From Desulfatiglandales bacterium (GTDB lineage: Bacteria; Desulfobacterota; DSM-4660; Desulfatiglandales; HGW-15), in NCBI GenBank assembly GCA_963667015.2, contig CAXXJJ010000001.1, positions 1,504,001-1,568,000 of the forward strand: DNA of 64,000 nucleotides, read 5' to 3'. The position numbers and the translations under genes are program-made. Position 1 is the first letter of the stretch, and each line of letters begins with the position of its first letter. The notes beneath the pieces are model-generated. The model saw only the letters and a list, made by a program, of their open reading frames with translations. It did not search any database and was not told the DNA's origin. This document shows, one piece after another, positions 1 through 10,237 of this stretch.

Positions 1-1092
1 CATGAATTTAATAACATTCTCAGCATCATCATAGGTAATAACGAATTGGTAATAGATGAATTGCCTGAATGGAGTCACGCAAGGGAAAATACAGAAGATA
101 TTCGGGTTGCCTGTCTGCGCGCCAGGGATGTTGTAAAGCAGCTCCTTTTATTTGGCCAACAAACTGATCAAAATAAAAAGCCCATTCAAACAGGATTTGT
201 TATCAGGGAATCCGTTAAATTGATCCGGTCATCCACGCCGGCAAATATCGATATTAACCAGAATATTGCAGATGATGTTGCCCCTATTTTGGGAAACGCC
301 ACCCAGATCAATCAATTGCTCATCAATCTTTGCACCAATGCTACTGATGCCATGATCAATACAGGTGGAGCTATTACAATTTGTCTCAATAATGAGATCA
401 TTGATGAAAAAGTTGCGAATTCACATGCTTCATTAAGTCCTGGTCGATATGTCAAACTTATGGTTAGCGATACTGGTCATGGAATTGACAAACATACGCT
501 GGATAGAATATTTGAGCCCTATTTTACCACCAAGGCAATAGGCAAGGGCACGGGCATTGGACTGGCTGTTGTTCATGGAATCGTCGAAAAACACAGTGGC
601 ATTATCTGGGCTGAAAGTTCACCGGGCAAAGGAGTGCTATTCACTGTTTTGCTTCCTGCTTATGAAGGGTATGTTGAGGTGGAGCGAGAAGAGAAGATCG
701 TTTTACCTGAAGGACATGAGCGTATTCTTTTTGTAGATGACGAGCCGTCACTATTAAAATTGGGGAAATATCGATTGGAAAGCCTGGGTTATGAAGTCCA
801 GGGTTCCACAGATTCATCTGAAGCATTGGCGATGTTTAAAAAAGACCCGGACTCATTTGACTTAATCATCACTGACATGGCTATGCCTAACATTACAGGC
901 GACCAACTGTCCGTTGAAATCCTGAAGATCCGGCCAAACATGCCAATATTACTTTGCACAGGGTATAGCGAGAAGATTTCTGAAAAAAAAGCATATGATA
1001 TCGGTATATGTTCATTTATCATGAAGCCTCTTGATAAAAAGGATTTCGCTGTAAGGGTACGGAAAATTCTTGATGAAAAAAATATGGAATAA
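1..1092 (+). CDS. Hybrid sensor histidine kinase/response regulator (5'-truncated by window edge)
   Basis: Frame open from base 1 (HEFNNIL H-box); HATPase motifs (NATDAM, DTGHG, FTTK, GTGIGL); C-terminal REC (ILFVDDE, TDMAMP). Confidence 0.92.
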   Translation, partial: HEFNNILSIIIGNNELVIDELPEWSHARENTEDIRVACLRARDVVKQLLLFGQQTDQNKKPIQTGFVIRESVKLIRSSTPANIDINQNIADDVAPILGNATQINQLLINLCTNATDAMINTGGAITICLNNEIIDEKVANSHASLSPGRYVKLMVSDTGHGIDKHTLDRIFEPYFTTKAIGKGTGIGLAVVHGIVEKHSGIIWAESSPGKGVLFTVLLPAYEGYVEVEREEKIVLPEGHERILFVDDEPSLLKLGKYRLESLGYEVQGSTDSSEALAMFKKDPDSFDLIITDMAMPNITGDQLSVEILKIRPNMPILLCTGYSEKISEKKAYDIGICSFIMKPLDKKDFAVRVRKILDEKNME

Positions 1093-1229
1093 GAGAGGGT
1101 ACCGCCTCTCCTGCCATAAGTACATGAGTTCGTATCAGTCTTTATTGCAGCCAGAAAAATATTAAAAAAAATTATGAGCAATTTTATGTTTTTCAATCGC
1201 CAATCGCAGATGAACAACCGTTAGAGGAG

Positions 1230-2783
1230 ATGATGAATAAGATTAACGGCTTTCCTGAAGAGTCCACACTCAGGCGGAGTGCCGAGGAAAAATTAAAAGA
1301 AGCTGCCGGAGGCAGCAAAGATCTTTCGGAAATGCCGCCCGAAAAAATAGCGGGTCTCATTCATGAGCTTAAGGTTCATCAGGTTGAGCTGGAAATGCAG
1401 AACGATGAACTGCGCCGCGTCCAGGCCGAGCTTGAAAAAACAAGTGATAAATACTCTCATCTGTATGATTTAGCGCCGATCGGTTATCTAACGATCAGTG
1501 ATAAGGGAATGATTCTGGAGGCAAATCTTACATGCGCCTCCATGCTGGGGATTGAACGGCGATTGCTGATCGGGATGCCATTTTCCCGTTTCATTAACAG
1601 GGATGATCAGGATATTTTTTATCTTAACCGGATGAAACTTATTGAAAGTCAGTCCAGACAGATATTCGAACTAAGAATTATTAAAAAAGACGGCAAACAA
1701 TTTTACGCCCAGCTTGAAAGCATTGCCATGCATATTTCTGATAGTGATCAAATACATTTTCGAACAGCAATGTCCGATATCAGCGAACGCAGAGAAGCAA
1801 GGGAGATACTTGACAGGAACATGGCAGAGCTTAACCAGCGGGTGAAGGAATTAAACTGCCTTTATAAAATATCAAAGATTCGGGAGGCACCGGAAATTCC
1901 CCTGGAAGAGATCCTTCAGACAGTAGTTGATACCCTGCCTCCTTCCTGGCAATACCCGGATATTGCCTGTTCCAGAATAACCTTTGACAGAAAAGAGTAT
2001 AAATCGAAAAACTTCAAAGAAACCGGATGGAAACAATGTACCGACATCGTGGTAGGAAACAAACCGGCCGGAATTGCAGGTATATATTATTTAAAAGAAA
2101 TGCCTGAAAGGGATGAAGGCCCATTTCTGAAGGAAGAAAGAAGCCTTATCAATGCTGTTGCCGAACGGATTGGAAAAATAATAGAATTCAAGGAAATGCA
2201 AAAAAAATTACAAACCGCCCGTGATGATTTGGAAAAGAAGGTTGAGGAAAGAACCGCCGATATTGCCAGGACAAACAGGTTACTGGAAAAAGAGATAGTT
2301 GATCGGAAAAAGGCGGAAAAGATATTAAGTGAAAATGAGATGAAGCTCAAAAAGCAGGCCATTCACCTTGAGGAAATGAACACAGCGCTCAATGTTCTCC
2401 TGGAGCACAGGGAGGAAGAAAGAATCAAACTGGAAGAGAATATTATAGCAAATATTAACAGGCTGGTGTTGCCCAACCTGGAAAAGCTTGGAAAAGGGAA
2501 GTTAAGTGCCGATAAAAGGTTATATATAGAAGTCATCAAATCAAATATTGAAGAAATTATTTCTCCCTTTTCAGTCAGGCTGTCTTCAGTCGATCCTGCC
2601 CTTACCCCGACAGAATTAAAGGTGGCCAATTTTGTTAAGGAAGGACTGACCAGCAAGGAGATTGCATCCATGCTGAATATATCCCATAATACCGTAATGT
2701 TTCACAGAAAGAAAATCAGAAATAAGCTTGGTTTAACAAACAGGAAGACAAACTTCCGGTCCTACATTAAGTCCCTCACATAA
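1230..2783 (+). CDS. PAS-domain LuxR-family transcriptional regulator
   Basis: PAS (YDLAPIGY...EANLT), GAF-like segment, C-terminal LuxR HTH (LTPTELKVANFVKEGLTSKEIA...HRKKIRNKLGL). Confidence 0.9.
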   Translation: MMNKINGFPEESTLRRSAEEKLKEAAGGSKDLSEMPPEKIAGLIHELKVHQVELEMQNDELRRVQAELEKTSDKYSHLYDLAPIGYLTISDKGMILEANLTCASMLGIERRLLIGMPFSRFINRDDQDIFYLNRMKLIESQSRQIFELRIIKKDGKQFYAQLESIAMHISDSDQIHFRTAMSDISERREAREILDRNMAELNQRVKELNCLYKISKIREAPEIPLEEILQTVVDTLPPSWQYPDIACSRITFDRKEYKSKNFKETGWKQCTDIVVGNKPAGIAGIYYLKEMPERDEGPFLKEERSLINAVAERIGKIIEFKEMQKKLQTARDDLEKKVEERTADIARTNRLLEKEIVDRKKAEKILSENEMKLKKQAIHLEEMNTALNVLLEHREEERIKLEENIIANINRLVLPNLEKLGKGKLSADKRLYIEVIKSNIEEIISPFSVRLSSVDPALTPTELKVANFVKEGLTSKEIASMLNISHNTVMFHRKKIRNKLGLTNRKTNFRSYIKSLT

Positions 2784-2894
2784 TTAATACTGATAGTATT
2801 TTGTACCCAATTTATACCTGATTACTACCCATTGTCCCCTGCCTGTTTTGTGTTAATATTATGCATTTAAACCTAGAAAGGATGGAGATAGCAT

Positions 2895-3382
2895 ATGAAA
2901 AAAATCTTCCAGTGGATGATGATGACTCAATCCGGCTTCTTTATGACTATGAATTTACAGATGAGGGATATAGCGTCACAGGCACTAACAGAGATGATAA
3001 CCTTTTGGAAATGATTGGCAATATAAAGCCGGATGTTATTGTTATGGATAAAAAGCTGAAAAACCTTGACGGGACAAAAGTTATCCGGGAGATCCGAAAT
3101 TCTTACCATGACACACCGGTTATCCTATGCACTACTGCATATGAGACTTATAAAAATAATATGGAGTCCATTGGTACAGATTTTCTTGTTAAGAAGAGTT
3201 CCGATTTAACTGAATTGAAAAACACAGTCAAATTAGCAATAAGCCCTTCTGACGAGTCTCAGCCAAAAAAATCACATGCGAAAAACGAAAAGATTTTCCT
3301 GCCGAGTTTATTCAGAGAACAAATTGAACTGGGTATCAAAGGTTTGCGCCATGATCTGGAGGTTGAGAAAGGAGGGGTTTAA
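2895..3382 (+). pseudogene. Single-domain response regulator, apparently frameshifted at its 5' end
   Basis: RBS GGAG then ATG AAA AAA ATC (MKKI) at 2895 is one base out of frame with the REC body (VDDDDSIR...PDVIVMD). Confidence 0.65.
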
Positions 3383-3530
3383 ATGGAGATGTTACAAGGA
3401 GACAGCATGAAGGCAGCTAACACACTCAGTAAACTTAAAGCAACCCCCGGGAATACAGAAACCAATCCACCGGTGAATCCTCTGGCGTCTTATGCCGGAC
3501 GAAAAACGAGAATATTGATTGTTGATGATA

Positions 3531-4647
3531 TTAACCCGGCAATTAAATAGGAGACTATCAAGCAGCATAAGCAATCTTAGGGTGTTTAAAATATTTTTTA
3601 ACACGTCCAGGTAGTTTTTGAAGCTTTCTCAAATGAGAAATAGCTTTTTGCTTGAGTTCTTTTTTTGTTCTGGCTGGAATACCAGAATGTACACCGACCT
3701 TTAGGTCGCAGTTTAGGTATTCATCAGGATTTAATTCCGGTGAATATGATGGAAGAAAGAACAACTCAATTTTGTCTTCATGTTCTTTCAGCCAGTCTTT
3801 GACAATATAGCTATGATGGACTTTCAAATTATCTACAATCAAAAAGATTTTTTTATCAGCATCTTTGATCAATCGTTCCATGAATTTGATCATCGTTTGG
3901 GAATTCATCTTGTTTTTATAAACCATAAAACGAACTTTACCTTGATTGGTGACAGAGGAAATCAGGTTGACGCGCTGGCACCTGGGATGAAGCCTAATCG
4001 CCGGTGTTTCACCACGAGGAGCGTAACTTCTTCCATGGTAACTGTCGTTACACAATCCAGTCTCATCCCCCCAATGAATTTCCGCGGTCTCTTTTTTTGC
4101 ACGTTTGGAAATATCCGAGTATTCTGTCTCCAACCAAGCTTTGACTGCTTTTGGATTTTGTTTATAGGCTTTCTTCAGTGGTTTTTGTGGAGTAAAATTC
4201 CATCTGTTCAGATACTCGCCAACAGTTCTGATCGGCATATCTATATTCCACAATTGTTTGATGAGTTGCTGTACGGCAATGCGTGTCCACAAAGCAAATG
4301 GTAATTTCATTTGGTCAGGGCATTTGTCTTGTATAGCTTTTTGCAATTCTTTTTCCTGATCAGGTGTCAACGTGCGGCAACTGCCCTTTGGACGGCCACG
4401 CTTTTTAATTTTAAGGGCTTTATTACCTTCTTTTTGATAAAGAGCCCACCATGTACTGCAAATGGATCGGCTCACTCCTGTAATGGCACTGATCTCATTA
4501 TGCGTTCGTCCCTGTTTTCGGAGTCGAATGACTTGATTACGAATTTGTTGTTGGGCATCAGTGCTGAGTTTCCTTGCGTCTATTTTTTCCATGATCGTGT
4601 TATAACAAAATACGATCCATTTGTTAAGTATTTTGTTGCCGGGTTAA
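3531..4647 (-). mobile_element. IS630-family insertion sequence
   Basis: Terminal inverted repeats TTAACCCGGCAA / TTGCCGGGTTAA, TA duplication at 3529-30 and 4648-49, single transposase ORF. Confidence 0.95.
3558..4592 (-). CDS. IS630-family transposase
   Basis: HTH plus DDE motifs (WGDETG, IVDNLKVH, LPSYSPELNPDE). Confidence 0.95.
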   Translation of the reverse strand: MEKIDARKLSTDAQQQIRNQVIRLRKQGRTHNEISAITGVSRSICSTWWALYQKEGNKALKIKKRGRPKGSCRTLTPDQEKELQKAIQDKCPDQMKLPFALWTRIAVQQLIKQLWNIDMPIRTVGEYLNRWNFTPQKPLKKAYKQNPKAVKAWLETEYSDISKRAKKETAEIHWGDETGLCNDSYHGRSYAPRGETPAIRLHPRCQRVNLISSVTNQGKVRFMVYKNKMNSQTMIKFMERLIKDADKKIFLIVDNLKVHHSYIVKDWLKEHEDKIELFFLPSYSPELNPDEYLNCDLKVGVHSGIPARTKKELKQKAISHLRKLQKLPGRVKKYFKHPKIAYAA

Positions 4648-5050
4648 TAATGAATCCATTCGGCGTATTATGTCAGAGTATCTTATTTGCATCGGGTTTG
4701 ATGTGATTGAGGCAATTAATGGTTATATGGGGCAACATCTATTTCTAAACACAGTTTTTAATCTTGTTATTACGGATTTAGAGATGCCGGTAATGGATGG
4801 CTGGACACTGGCATTCAACATCAAGAAAGAAGCACCTGATACACCGGTCATCATGGTGACCGGCATGGCTGAAGAGAGTTTCATGCAAAATATAAAAGAG
4901 GATTGTATTGATATTGTCATGTTTAAACCCTTTAGAATGAAAGAACTGGAGGAAAACATTAAACTAATGTTAGATCCGGGATGTTATTAAAAGGTCCTCT
5001 CTTCAGAAAGTTGATCATATCCGCAATCTTTCACAGGGAGATATTTCAGA

Positions 5051-5455
5051 ATGGAAAACTTAATGAAAATTACCGAAGACAGGCTGGTTAGAAAAGGCGT
5101 CGAATCCAATAATCACCCGGCCTTTATAAGAGACCTGGTTAATAGTTACACTTCCCATTCAAATCATACTATTCAGGAATTGAATGAGCGAATGAAATCT
5201 TTGGGATGGAATGATATTGAACTTGATGATCACACTGTACAACTAATAATGGCAATTTCTGAAAATATAGAAATGGTTCTTAATAACAGCTGGGAAGAAG
5301 AAAATATTCAGAAATATTTGAAGTACTGGAATAATGATTATCCGTATTTGAAAACAAATAAAGATAATGAACCAACATTGTTGCCTGTACTGGAAAATTC
5401 AAAAATTCAGCGCCATATTAGAGATTTTAATAAGACATCAGGATTTATAAGGTAA
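5051..5455 (+). CDS. Hypothetical protein
   Basis: 134-aa ORF with GGAG RBS; no recognised motif. Confidence 0.6.
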   Translation: MENLMKITEDRLVRKGVESNNHPAFIRDLVNSYTSHSNHTIQELNERMKSLGWNDIELDDHTVQLIMAISENIEMVLNNSWEEENIQKYLKYWNNDYPYLKTNKDNEPTLLPVLENSKIQRHIRDFNKTSGFIR

Positions 5456-5556
5456 CGTTAGGTCTATTATCGAAAGGCTTTCGCCGCCAGAGGAGGTTAA
5501 AATAGATTCTCGGATGCGCGTGCATCTAATCTGCTGACCTTATCATAAAATGAAAA

Positions 5557-6828
5557 ATGATTTGCAAGGAGATAATAACGGCATTTTGGGAATATATTGT
5601 TCCTTCCATAGAAACAGAGGGCTCAGTTATGTATGATTCTGATACCAGACAGATTTACAGAGAGTTTAAAAATTTCCCCTTATTTCTCCAACCTATCGAG
5701 GATGCAAAGAAAAGTGAATATTATATAAGGCAACTCGAAGAGCTCCTTAAAAAGCAGACGGCCGAAATCAGACTTGCAAGGGAAGAGGCTATAAAAAACA
5801 AACAAATCACTGAAGCGGCGCTTTTAGAAATAAAAAGATTGAAAGACCGGCTTGAAGCTGAGCGGGCCTATCTCCAGGAAGAAATCAGGCTGGAAAACAA
5901 TCATGAGAACATAATCGGACAGAGTGACGGCCTTAAATATGTTCTCTATAAGATCGAACAGATTGCGGGCACAAATTCCAATGTGCTGGTTCTTGGCGAA
6001 ACCGGAACCGGCAAAGAGCTTGTAGCCCGAGCCATTCATGGTTTGAGTCAGCGCAAAGAAAGGGCAATGGTGAAAGTTGATTGCGCAACACTGCCTTCAA
6101 ACCTAATCGAAAGCGAGTTGTTCGGTCATGAAAAAGGAGCATTCACAGGCGCCAATTTAAGGCATTCAGGGCGATTTGAGGTTGCCGACGGAACCACACT
6201 CTTTCTGGATGAAATAGGTGAACTGCCACTTGAGCTTCAGCCCAAACTTCTCAGGGTTATACAGGATGGAGAATTTGAAAGGCTGGGCAGTTCTCACACA
6301 GTCAAAGTCAAGGTGCGCATTATCGCGGCTACAAACCGCAATCTGGAAAAGGAGGTCAGTAAAGGCCTGTTCCGTGAAGATCTCTGGTACCGTCTGAATG
6401 TCTTCCCCATTACCATGCCGCCTCTAAGGGATCGACTGGAGGACATCCCCCTGCTTGTTGATTTTTATGTGAAAAAGATATCCAAACGAATGGGCAAGTC
6501 CATTGAAATCATTCCTTCAAACGTGATGGAGACCTTACATAATTATAACTGGCCCGGCAATGTCCGGGAACTGGAAAATGTTCTTGAACGTGCGATAATC
6601 AACTCTTCCGGACCAAAATTGCGTCTGGTGGATGAACTTAAACAAACAGGAAAGGATTTATTGACTTCACAAAAAACCATGGAAGCGGTTGAACGGGATC
6701 ATATTCTGCAGGTCCTTGAACAGACCCAGTGGAAGGTCAGCGGTAAAAACGGGTCGGCAGAGATCCTTGGGCTAAATCGCAGCACTTTGCGGGCCCGAAT
6801 GAGAAAGCTTGGTATCCTCAGACCATAG
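5557..6828 (+). CDS. Sigma54-dependent enhancer-binding protein (FhlA-like AAA+ and Fis HTH); N-terminus is a coiled coil without a recognisable sensor
   Basis: [42 protein letters not shown]-terminal HTH; exact start uncertain. Confidence 0.93.
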   Translation: MICKEIITAFWEYIVPSIETEGSVMYDSDTRQIYREFKNFPLFLQPIEDAKKSEYYIRQLEELLKKQTAEIRLAREEAIKNKQITEAALLEIKRLKDRLEAERAYLQEEIRLENNHENIIGQSDGLKYVLYKIEQIAGTNSNVLVLGETGTGKELVARAIHGLSQRKERAMVKVDCATLPSNLIESELFGHEKGAFTGANLRHSGRFEVADGTTLFLDEIGELPLELQPKLLRVIQDGEFERLGSSHTVKVKVRIIAATNRNLEKEVSKGLFREDLWYRLNVFPITMPPLRDRLEDIPLLVDFYVKKISKRMGKSIEIIPSNVMETLHNYNWPGNVRELENVLERAIINSSGPKLRLVDELKQTGKDLLTSQKTMEAVERDHILQVLEQTQWKVSGKNGSAEILGLNRSTLRARMRKLGILRP

Positions 6829-6882
6829 AACGTCCTGAAAATTTACCTGTTATCTACAACAGCGCATAATTATTCCCGGTAT

Positions 6883-7030
6883 GGTTATATATGACCATTT
6901 GTTATGTGCAGCCATTATTTTAATTCGATTCTATCTTCTCCATTAATCCTTTGGGATTGAATATTTAATGTTAAATCAAATGGTTGGATAAAGGCGGACT
7001 TTACGTGCCCTGTCTGGCACGAAGTGTGTA
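6883..7030 (+). promoter_or_regulatory. Sigma54 promoter module 1 (tandem UAS, IHF, -24/-12)
   Basis: GGTTATATATGACC 6883 and TGTTATGTGCAGCC 6900; IHF AATCAAATGGTTG 6974; TGGCACGAAGTGTGTA 7015. Confidence 0.8.
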
Positions 7031-7109
7031 TATGATAATGATACATTCGGAGTTTTTATAAGGGGCTGGAACTCTTTCTCATCAAAATTTAATAAGAAAG
7101 GATACAGTT

Positions 7110-7355
7110 ATGCTGGATATTGAAATGAAGGATTTAATCGCTACTGTTGCAAGGATGCTTGTGGACGAACCGGAACGGGTCATTACTACAGAGATAAAAG
7201 GACAACAGTCCTCTGTGATTGAACTGAAAGTGGCCAGTGAGGATGTGGGGAAAATAATAGGGAGGCAGGGGCGAACTGCACAGGCCCTGAGATGCATCCT
7301 TATGGCAGCTTCAGCCAAACTGAAAAAGAGATGCACCCTGGAGATACTGGACTAG
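7110..7355 (+). CDS. khpA: KH-domain RNA-binding protein (KhpA-like)
   Basis: DVGKIIGRQGRTAQALR signature, ~80 aa. Confidence 0.85.
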   Translation: MLDIEMKDLIATVARMLVDEPERVITTEIKGQQSSVIELKVASEDVGKIIGRQGRTAQALRCILMAASAKLKKRCTLEILD

Positions 7356-7441
7356 GTATATCTGCTTTATCCAGGGTGTCTTTTCCTGAAACCTGATAAT
7401 GACCTTATGGGTGATCCCTGCCGGTAAAATCTTGAAAATAT

Positions 7442-7589
7442 GGTCATATATGGCTACTTGCTATATGTGACCATTATTTTGCATCAATACGGCCTTATCA
7501 ATCGACCCTTCAACTTTGATGATCTAATGTTAATTCAATGTGTTGGCTCAAACAGTATTTTATTCCATCAGTCTGGCATGAAGCTTGGA
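7442..7589 (+). promoter_or_regulatory. Sigma54 promoter module 2
   Basis: GGTCATATATGGCT 7442 and TGCTATATGTGACC 7459; IHF-like ATTCAATGTGTTG 7533; TGGCATGAAGCTTGGA 7574. Confidence 0.82.
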
Positions 7590-7735
7590 TATATAGATTA
7601 ACAGCAGCAATTTCAATTATATTCAAACCCTTTAAGATGAGTGAACTTCAAAGCGCTATCGAAGGAGCCCTGGTATATGGAAGCAGATAGGAAAGAACGT
7701 TTTAAGCGGAATAATCGCAAAAAGGAGATCAAAAT

Positions 7736-8227
7736 ATGAAAAGGATATTTATCAATAAAGCATGGATAATACTTTTAATGACCTTAATTTTACTGCCTGT
7801 TTCCGGTGGATTTGCCCAGGGAGTACGGGAAGACAGTCTCAACGAAGGTTATGGTTCATACAACATGATGGGGCAGGATCCGGATGAAATACTGGAATAT
7901 GGGCGAAAAATGATGAGATACGGCTTTAATGAGGGGGCAGGTGCATCTTTCAAGTATCCCGGCTATGACAGGAACCTGAATGCGGAAACGGTTAAGAAAC
8001 TGAATGCTGAACAGGAGGCTTTTATCAATGTTACTGAGGATCTCAGGCAGGCAATATATGAGAAGGAGCTTTACCTGAAAGTCGAGTTGTCCAAAAAAGA
8101 ACCTGATGCCAATACCGCCCTTGGTTTTCAAAAGGAACTTTCAGAGGCCAGGGGGAAATTTGGACAATATATGGTTCAACACTTAATCCGCATGAAAAAA
8201 ATAAATATGGAAGCTGAGTTAAAATAG
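7736..8227 (+). CDS. Periplasmic Spy/CpxP/ZraP-like protein
   Basis: Signal peptide, G/Y/M-rich N-region, LRQAIYEKELYLKVELSK helical core. Confidence 0.7.
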   Translation: MKRIFINKAWIILLMTLILLPVSGGFAQGVREDSLNEGYGSYNMMGQDPDEILEYGRKMMRYGFNEGAGASFKYPGYDRNLNAETVKKLNAEQEAFINVTEDLRQAIYEKELYLKVELSKKEPDANTALGFQKELSEARGKFGQYMVQHLIRMKKINMEAELK

Positions 8228-8297
8228 GGTGGTAATGAATATGGATGCCGGGATACTTATGTTTCCGGCCACCTTTAAACACAGACGATGATAACGG

Positions 8298-8633
8298 GTG
8301 AAATTAATGATCTTAACAAGAATAGTTTTCACTGCCCTTCCGGAAAAGCAAAAAGAGCTCATGCAGACACTTCTTTCGATGCTTGAGACAAAAGGAAGGG
8401 AGAAGGGTTGTATGAGTTATGGCATTTATAGCGATATCCATAAAAATACTGTTTTTAATCTGATTGAGGAATGGAAGACCCGTGAAGATCTTAACAGGTA
8501 TTTGAGCTCTGAAAGTTTCAGTGTTTTGCTTGGGACAAAGAGCCTTTTAGCAAAACCCATGGACATAAAAATCCATTCGGTTTTACATACAGAAGGAAAC
8601 GATGCTGTATATATTCTGAGGGATCAACAATGA
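8298..8633 (+). CDS. ABM-family (putative quinol monooxygenase) protein
   Basis: REKGCMSYGIY...LIEEWKTREDLNRYL pattern. Confidence 0.75.
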   Translation: MKLMILTRIVFTALPEKQKELMQTLLSMLETKGREKGCMSYGIYSDIHKNTVFNLIEEWKTREDLNRYLSSESFSVLLGTKSLLAKPMDIKIHSVLHTEGNDAVYILRDQQ

Positions 8634-8655
8634 ATTGATAAAAAAGGAAATACCT

Positions 8656-8759
8656 GTGCGAAAGGCCATTGCTGCACAATAGGAAGATTGATTCGTATCC
8701 TGTCTGTCATCGCAATCGTTGTGGTGATTATACAGATTATTGAGGTTGTAAAAGCGTAA
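8656..8759 (+). pseudogene. Internally deleted lmo0937-like membrane peptide
   Basis: GTG CGA AAG GCC ATT GCT resembles the start of the 38638 paralogue; out-of-frame remainder CTIGRLIRILSVIAIVVVIIQII matches the paralogue C-half. Confidence 0.6.
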
Positions 8760-8816
8760 AACAATATGAGGACGTTGCCAAAAAAGGCAAGGAGTTTACA
8801 AAGAGGGGTAACTGAA

Positions 8817-9131
8817 ATGAAAAAGAGACATATCGTTATTAACTGTTTATTTGTTTTTATGCTGACTGCCGGTTTTACTGGCTGTGGTTCTACATCCAGA
8901 CAGTCGAGTGTGGGCGAGTACGTTGACGATTCGGTCATTACGACCAAGGTGAAATCTCTGCTTGCAGCGGATGACTTTCTCAAATCATTTAATATAGGGG
9001 TTGAGACCTACAAGGGCAGTGTTCAACTGAGCGGCTTTGTTGCTACTCAAAAGGCTGTCGATAAAGCGGAGGAGATCGCACAAGGCGTCAAAGGGGTTGA
9101 ATCAGTAAAGAATGATCTGATCGTGAAATAG
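8817..9131 (+). CDS. BON-domain (OsmY-like) lipoprotein
   Basis: Lipobox-like TGC; GEYVDDSVITTKVK...VQLSGFV...VKNDLIVK. Confidence 0.9.
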   Translation: MKKRHIVINCLFVFMLTAGFTGCGSTSRQSSVGEYVDDSVITTKVKSLLAADDFLKSFNIGVETYKGSVQLSGFVATQKAVDKAEEIAQGVKGVESVKNDLIVK

Positions 9132-9154
9132 GTGGCCGAAAGGCGGTGAATCAT

Positions 9155-9304
9155 ATGTTGTGGACAATTGCTTTAATAATGTTAGTTCTGTGGCTGCTGG
9201 GAATGGTGAGCAGTTATACTATAGGAGGCTTCATCCATATCCTGCTGGTACTTGCCATTATCATGGTGCTGATCAGGGTCATTCAGGGGCGCAGAGTCCT
9301 GTAG
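9155..9304 (+). CDS. lmo0937-family small membrane protein (49 aa, not in ORF track)
   Basis: MLWTIALIMLVLWLLGMVSSYTIGGFIHILLVLAIIMVLIRVIQGRRVL. Confidence 0.88.
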   Translation: MLWTIALIMLVLWLLGMVSSYTIGGFIHILLVLAIIMVLIRVIQGRRVL

Positions 9305-9351
9305 GCAGCAAGAAAGCGTGGTTAAACTTCAGTTATTAAGTGAGGAGTGTA

Positions 9352-9573
9352 ATGAAAATATACACATTGACAGCTATTATCCTTATTGTGATCGGAATCT
9401 TCGCATTTGCCTACCAGGGTTTTACCTTTACGACAAGAGAGAAGGTTGTTGATCTGGGTCCCATCCACATGACGGCAGAAAAAACAAGGACAATTCCGCT
9501 TCCGCCGATTGTGGGCGGTATAGCCCTTGCGGGCGGCATCGTGTTGCTGGTCGTGGGAAGAAAGAAAGCCTGA
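9352..9573 (+). CDS. Small two-TM membrane protein (DUF3185-like)
   Basis: YQGFTFTTREKVVDLGPIHMTAEKTRTIPLPP between two TM helices; GAGGAG RBS. Confidence 0.75.
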   Translation: MKIYTLTAIILIVIGIFAFAYQGFTFTTREKVVDLGPIHMTAEKTRTIPLPPIVGGIALAGGIVLLVVGRKKA

Positions 9574-9607
9574 TGGAATATAAAATCTTTCAAACAGGGA
9601 GAAAATA

Positions 9608-9846
9608 ATGAAGCCAAATCCAAATAACGAAAAACCTGATACACAGGTGAAGGAAAAAGCCCAGGATAGCGCTTTGCTAAAAGGCAAGCCGGTCAAAATA
9701 AATGCCGAGGCTAAGGTTGAGTTTTATAAAAAGGTCCAAATCCTGCGTCGAGAGAGAAGAATGCAGCAATGATTTAGCAGGTATCGATACGGCCATGGGA
9801 GATTTGGGTAATGCCTGTAAAAAAGTTATGGCCGAGTTCAGTAGAT
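9608..9846 (+). pseudogene. Decayed coiled-coil stress protein remnant
   Basis: RBS+ATG; AEAKVEFYKKVQILR resembles small coiled-coil proteins of such clusters; premature stop and frameshifts. Confidence 0.35.
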
Positions 9847-9905
9847 GATTGCCTTCTGATTAATGGAAATGATGGCTGCAGAAATAAACCCGGGGAGGAG
9901 AAGGT

Positions 9906-10030
9906 ATGACATCCCTCCAAAAAGCGGTGTTCCTGTTCGACGTGGATAACACCCTGCTAGACAATGTTGAAGCCATATACCCTGCCAGTCATTAGTTATG
10001 GTTGACGATAAACTGCATATCCTGATAGCG
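9906..10030 (+). pseudogene. HAD-family hydrolase collapsed by internal deletion
   Basis: MTSLQKAVFLFDVDNTLLDN (motif I) joined directly to VEAIYPASH/VMVDDKLHIL (motif IV region); strong GGAGG RBS. Confidence 0.8.
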
Positions 10031-10050
10031 AGGTTTCGCGGGAGTCATCA

Positions 10051-10170
10051 GTGAAGCCGGTTAACCCACACATACTTATTCTATCGCTGTCCGCGTCATT
10101 CGCACGGACGAAGAACTGATGATCGCGCATCCGGGTGTGCCACATACTCTGAATTAGCATGGCAGCCTAA
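10051..10170 (+). pseudogene. ackA: Acetate kinase collapsed to its termini
   Basis: GGAG+GTG MKPVNPHILI followed directly (frameshifted) by AVRVIRTDEELMIA, the conserved acetate kinase C-terminal motif. Confidence 0.75.
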
Positions 10171-10237
10171 ACAAGGAGTTAGGAGCAAGGTCCGAAATGA
10201 ATATTTAAAAACCTTAAAAATCGAAAGGTAGTCAATT

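Larger units (their letters stand above)
3383..4990 (+). pseudogene. Response regulator interrupted by IS630
   Basis: Removing 3531-4647 plus one TA restores ...RILIVDD|NESIRRIMSEYL...LVITDLEMPVMDG in frame. Confidence 0.92.

Noticed and set aside
2790..2835. TACCY repeats after the LuxR gene as its operator
   Set aside because: Suggestive but too short and degenerate to call without comparative data
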